From Enoplolaimus lenunculus (taxonomy: Eukaryota): a stretch of DNA of 64,000 nucleotides. Positions 60,601 to 64,000 of the stretch are shown here, in pieces (the stretch's first letter is position 1; the number at the start of each line of letters is the position of its first letter). The position numbers and the translations under genes are program-made. The stretch spans positions 558,001 through 622,000 of the forward strand of contig JASANG010001546.1 in assembly GCA_030248215.1 (NCBI GenBank), given 5' to 3'. Below the pieces are notes generated by a model. It worked only from the letters and a program-made list of their open reading frames with translations. It made no database searches and was not told the origin of the DNA.

Positions 60601-63530
60601 CTAAAAACAGGTAATATTCTGGTCAGTGGTACAATCATCCGTGCTGTATGCTAAATTTTTAAAGCCCAAAAGTTTTCTATTTGAAACAAAACAAACGGAT
60701 AATTTGATTGTAAATTGACAATGTTCCTTCCTGCCTTCCAAACTGATAAAACTGTATTTGATTGGGTCAAAAACTTACCAAACCGCTGGTGCCCGGTACT
60801 CTTCGATCGCAAGACGCAATTTGCGTTTATGCAATGAATTCCTTATTTGCAATGTTGATTCCAAATCGTTGTCTGTTATGCTTAGCAACGCCTGAAGAAA
60901 TTACTCAAAACATTTAAATATCGCATAGGAATGGCGCTATACTTTTTGGCTATTTTAACCCTTTCACTCATAGAGTATACTATGAGCAAGTAAATACAAT
61001 AATGTACGAGCAATAGTCACACTGTGAGCAGTGTTTAACAATTATAACATATATGCGCAGTGCAAAATCTCCACAAGACGTGAGAGCCCCCTCGCCTTGG
61101 GGCTCGAGCGTCAAGCTCCTATAGTTCAGTGGTCATCGTAAACGCCTCCCACCGGTGAAATAGTTAGAAATGACAAATTTGTTTCAAGTTGATTAAACAA
61201 CTCGCCAGCTGTGGTACCTTTCCAGTTTTGACATGATCAACAAACGCATCAACATAAACAGTCATTCCTAACTCAAGTTGAAGCCAAGCGATGACGTGTT
61301 GTTGTTTCCATGACGCGATTGGAGTTCGTCTTGCAGCTGCCAATGATGACATCATTTCTGCACGAGCCAGCTCGGCATTCAACGCAAGATCTGCGGCATT
61401 TTGCGGCGGTTGCGCCAAATAAATTGGCTTATCCGCTTGAAAGTAAAATAAACCAAAAAGTACAAATTCCAGGAACATTCGATAAAAGAACCAGAACGAT
61501 GATATGGCAGAATTTTAAGATTCGGAGTAATTTCTCGGGAACGGATTTGACGTCAAAAGGAGTAGGAGGGCTTATTCCTGCCTGACCAAAATTTGGCCCC
61601 TTGCCAAAGTGTTATCCTCGTCTGTAAATTAAGCAAAACCTCCGCTGCCAAGCCATCAGAATTTCACAATTTTTGCGGGTTCTCAAATGTTAAGCTGGCT
61701 GCGGCTGGAAGTGTAGGATCTATTCCGCTATTCCCTCCAGCCTGCGTTTGCTCCAAAATTGTTGGATTTCGAACAGTTTTTGTATATTCGCGCTTTTCAC
61801 GACCTCCCACCGGTCGTTTGACACCAAAAGCTAAATTTTGTTAAATTAAATTCTGAGTGTAACGATCAGGAGAGGTCATGAGAAGCTCAAATGTGCAAAA
61901 ATTTTCAAACTCCGTCAATTTTTAGCGCAAATCCCGGCTGGGAGACAATGGAAAAGACTCGAAATTGAAACCGAATATACTTAAATGTGTAATAAAAGAA
62001 AAATAACATAAATAAATTTACCAAAATGAGGCGAAAAGCTTGTGCTGTGGCGTCGACGATGAAATAGCGCAGCCGGATTCAGCCATTTACTCGCCCATGA
62101 TGCAGCGCTTGATTGCGCTGGTGTGCTACTTTGATGTGATTGGTTAATTCCGGAAACAATCGGCAATTGGCCAATCAAATTGGAGCTTGCGCTAGATGTG
62201 TCGACAAAACTCGCTGATTGACCAATCTGATTATTGCTCACTTCATCTGCGTCGACGATATTAGCCGATTGACCAACGAAATTAGAGTTCAATGCTTCTG
62301 CGTCAACAAAACTCGCTGATTGGCCAATCAAATTCGAGTTAGACGGCAATAAGCTCGTCGATGCGACACCTCTGCGTGCTCGACTACGAGATGCTCGAAC
62401 GCCATTGGTCGGAGTGTTGTTTGGTGATTGAAATTTTTGTTTTGAACGAAGTAGAATTGGTGATGGTTCAACTGAGCCTTGGGATAACGGTGAAAAAGGA
62501 CTGGGGATAAGACAAGTCGGGTCTGTGCGAGCACTTGAGGGATGCGGATCGTTAAGCATTGGCGAACATTTAATGGCTGGCTGTTGATCGAAAGAGCGTG
62601 ACGATAATGGGAGCTCTGAAGCAGACATCAAAGTAATATGTAGCAAATGGGATAATGACGCTTTCCTGCATGAATATTTTCTATTTCAAGTGTAATCAAT
62701 GCTTTTATTCAGACATTTGTGCAATTCGAATGACCAGTTTGTAATAGGTCTTGTAACTTATCAACCAGTAAATCCTAATATTTCAAATTAAGCACATTTT
62801 TTGCATTTGATTTGTTCTAATTCTGTGTCAATTTTGAGATTAAAAATTGGCTAAAATTCGTCTGTTTGACAACCTATCACAGGCGTGTGATAGGTATTAT
62901 ACGTATTTGAGAATATGAGCCTTGATTTCAAGCGATGATTCAAACTTTGGATCTCTCGACCGGAAACCCTATTAATATATCACAAGAGGGTTGCGTAGAC
63001 TTGTATATTTTGAGAAAATACTTTTTGGCTATTTTAATGCCGTCATGAACCTCTCGACAACGCACGTGAATTGCCGCATGGCGCCGCAAACCCAACTTGT
63101 ACAAACAGTATTGGACATGTGGCGCCGTTTGGAGCCGGACGATAAGTACAGCGTTTTTCTTAGCGGGCAGTGACCGTATTATCAATTGGGTATAGCACCT
63201 ATCACCAGTGCTGACGCCCGCATTGGACTTACTTGAATTTCCGTCCACCCCCACGTCAATATCATCAGTGCTCTCGTACGAAACAATTAGTTGTCCAGTC
63301 TCGGGCAAAGGGGATCCTTGAACTGAAGGGGGTTGGCAGGATGGCGAGACATCTGACATCGAAAGGTATCCAGCGCTGCATGGGGACAAAATATCAGTTG
63401 CGTCCAAAATGTCATGCGGTGACCCCCCGAATGTTGCCATTGGTGAATCAAGGTGGTCTCGGTTAAGATTTCGATGGGAAAGCAAGTGATTGCGTTCGTG
63501 GCTCGACAGTTGAGCGAATTGTGTTTGAAG
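54665..63530 (-). CDS. KAZN: Kazrin-like (liprin-related) triple-SAM-domain protein, 5'-truncated by the window edge
   Basis: Exons (minus) 63530-63233, 62615-62022, 61435-61218, 60891-60779, 60367-60133, 59123-59010, 58511-58345, 57984-57831, 56893-54665; phases consistent. SAM1 SWKQQHVIAWLQLELGM..VKTGKALL..SLHKRKLRLAIEEYR; SAM2 WVVNKFLPSLGL..LVDGRIL..FHQQSILKGVELL; SAM3 LLIWSNQ..W..VDLGEYSDAL..SGLHGA..LEPSF..LRKHIA; ends AETDL*. Confidence 0.85.
59185..59473. mobile_element. Interspersed repeat ending tgccaccctg (hAT-like), second copy at ~63590-63900
   Basis: Shared ggattcggattcgg, aacagt..cggcaa, aacaaattatagatataactgaaattt and terminal atgccrccctg. Confidence 0.65.
60959..61152 (+). mobile_element. 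Truncated variant of the piggyBac-type tRNA-box MITE
   Basis: ttaa-ccctttc start; ccacaagacgtgagagccccctcg...gggctcgagcgtcaagctcctatagttcagtgg core; right end missing. Confidence 0.7.
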
Positions 63531-64000
63531 CTGAAATGTTTCAATTTTTAAGGATAAAAATACTTAACCATGAAGGATTGGTTTGGTCGGAACGCATTGT
63601 TCGGATCCGGATTCAGCAAAAATTTACGGTTTGAATTCGGAATCGGTTGTGAAAGCGCCGATTTCAACGAATCCAACAGTGGCCGGCAATTTACGTTTTT
63701 CATTTTTAAACAAAAAAATTAAAACTTGTTATATAAATCAAAATTTTTTATTTTAGGTCACAAATCTCAGAACTGCGGTCGGGTACATTTTTCTGCAACA
63801 AATTATAGATATAACTGAAATTTTGTAATACGGAAGATTCCGATTCGGAAACTTAGCTATGGATTCGGATTCGGTCAATCCGTGGATTCTATGCCGCCCT
63901 GGTCGAAAGTTTCAAAGTACCGTAAACACGTTAGCAGGTGGAAGTGTGGCGTATGGTAAAATCAGATATTAGGTTTTTCAGAATGCTTCAAACTACCTTT

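Overview
Eukaryotic, intron-rich, AT-rich animal genomic DNA. It is most consistent with a nematode (TTTCAG/TTTTAG acceptors, abundant TTAGGC motifs), but that assignment is inference. Six protein-coding genes can be assembled by hand with phase-consistent GT-AG exons. Four are co-oriented on the minus strand: PLAAT/HRASLS-family phospholipase-acyltransferase, intronless NSUN5, MOCS3/UBA4 and guanylate kinase. One is a large plus-strand secreted mosaic gene (signal peptide-Reeler-Pro/Thr linker-4xEGF-ShK-nitrobindin/DUF1794). The last is the 3' part of a kazrin-like triple-SAM gene on the minus strand. Introns and intergenic DNA are packed with non-autonomous DNA elements: a TTAA-flanked piggyBac-type MITE with an internal tRNA-like Pol III A/B box, a GGCC-ended 8-bp-TSD MITE carrying TTAGGC repeats, Tourist-like, hAT-like and CAC...GTG foldback elements, plus tRNA-derived repeats and tandem arrays. 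The most notable items are a 13 x 69-bp array made of the PLAAT gene's own last codons, stop and proximal 3'UTR, the mosaic gene with a probable alternative signal-peptide first exon, and the hybrid MITEs. No prokaryotic or CRISPR system is supported. All family assignments are from motif recognition by eye, not database searches.
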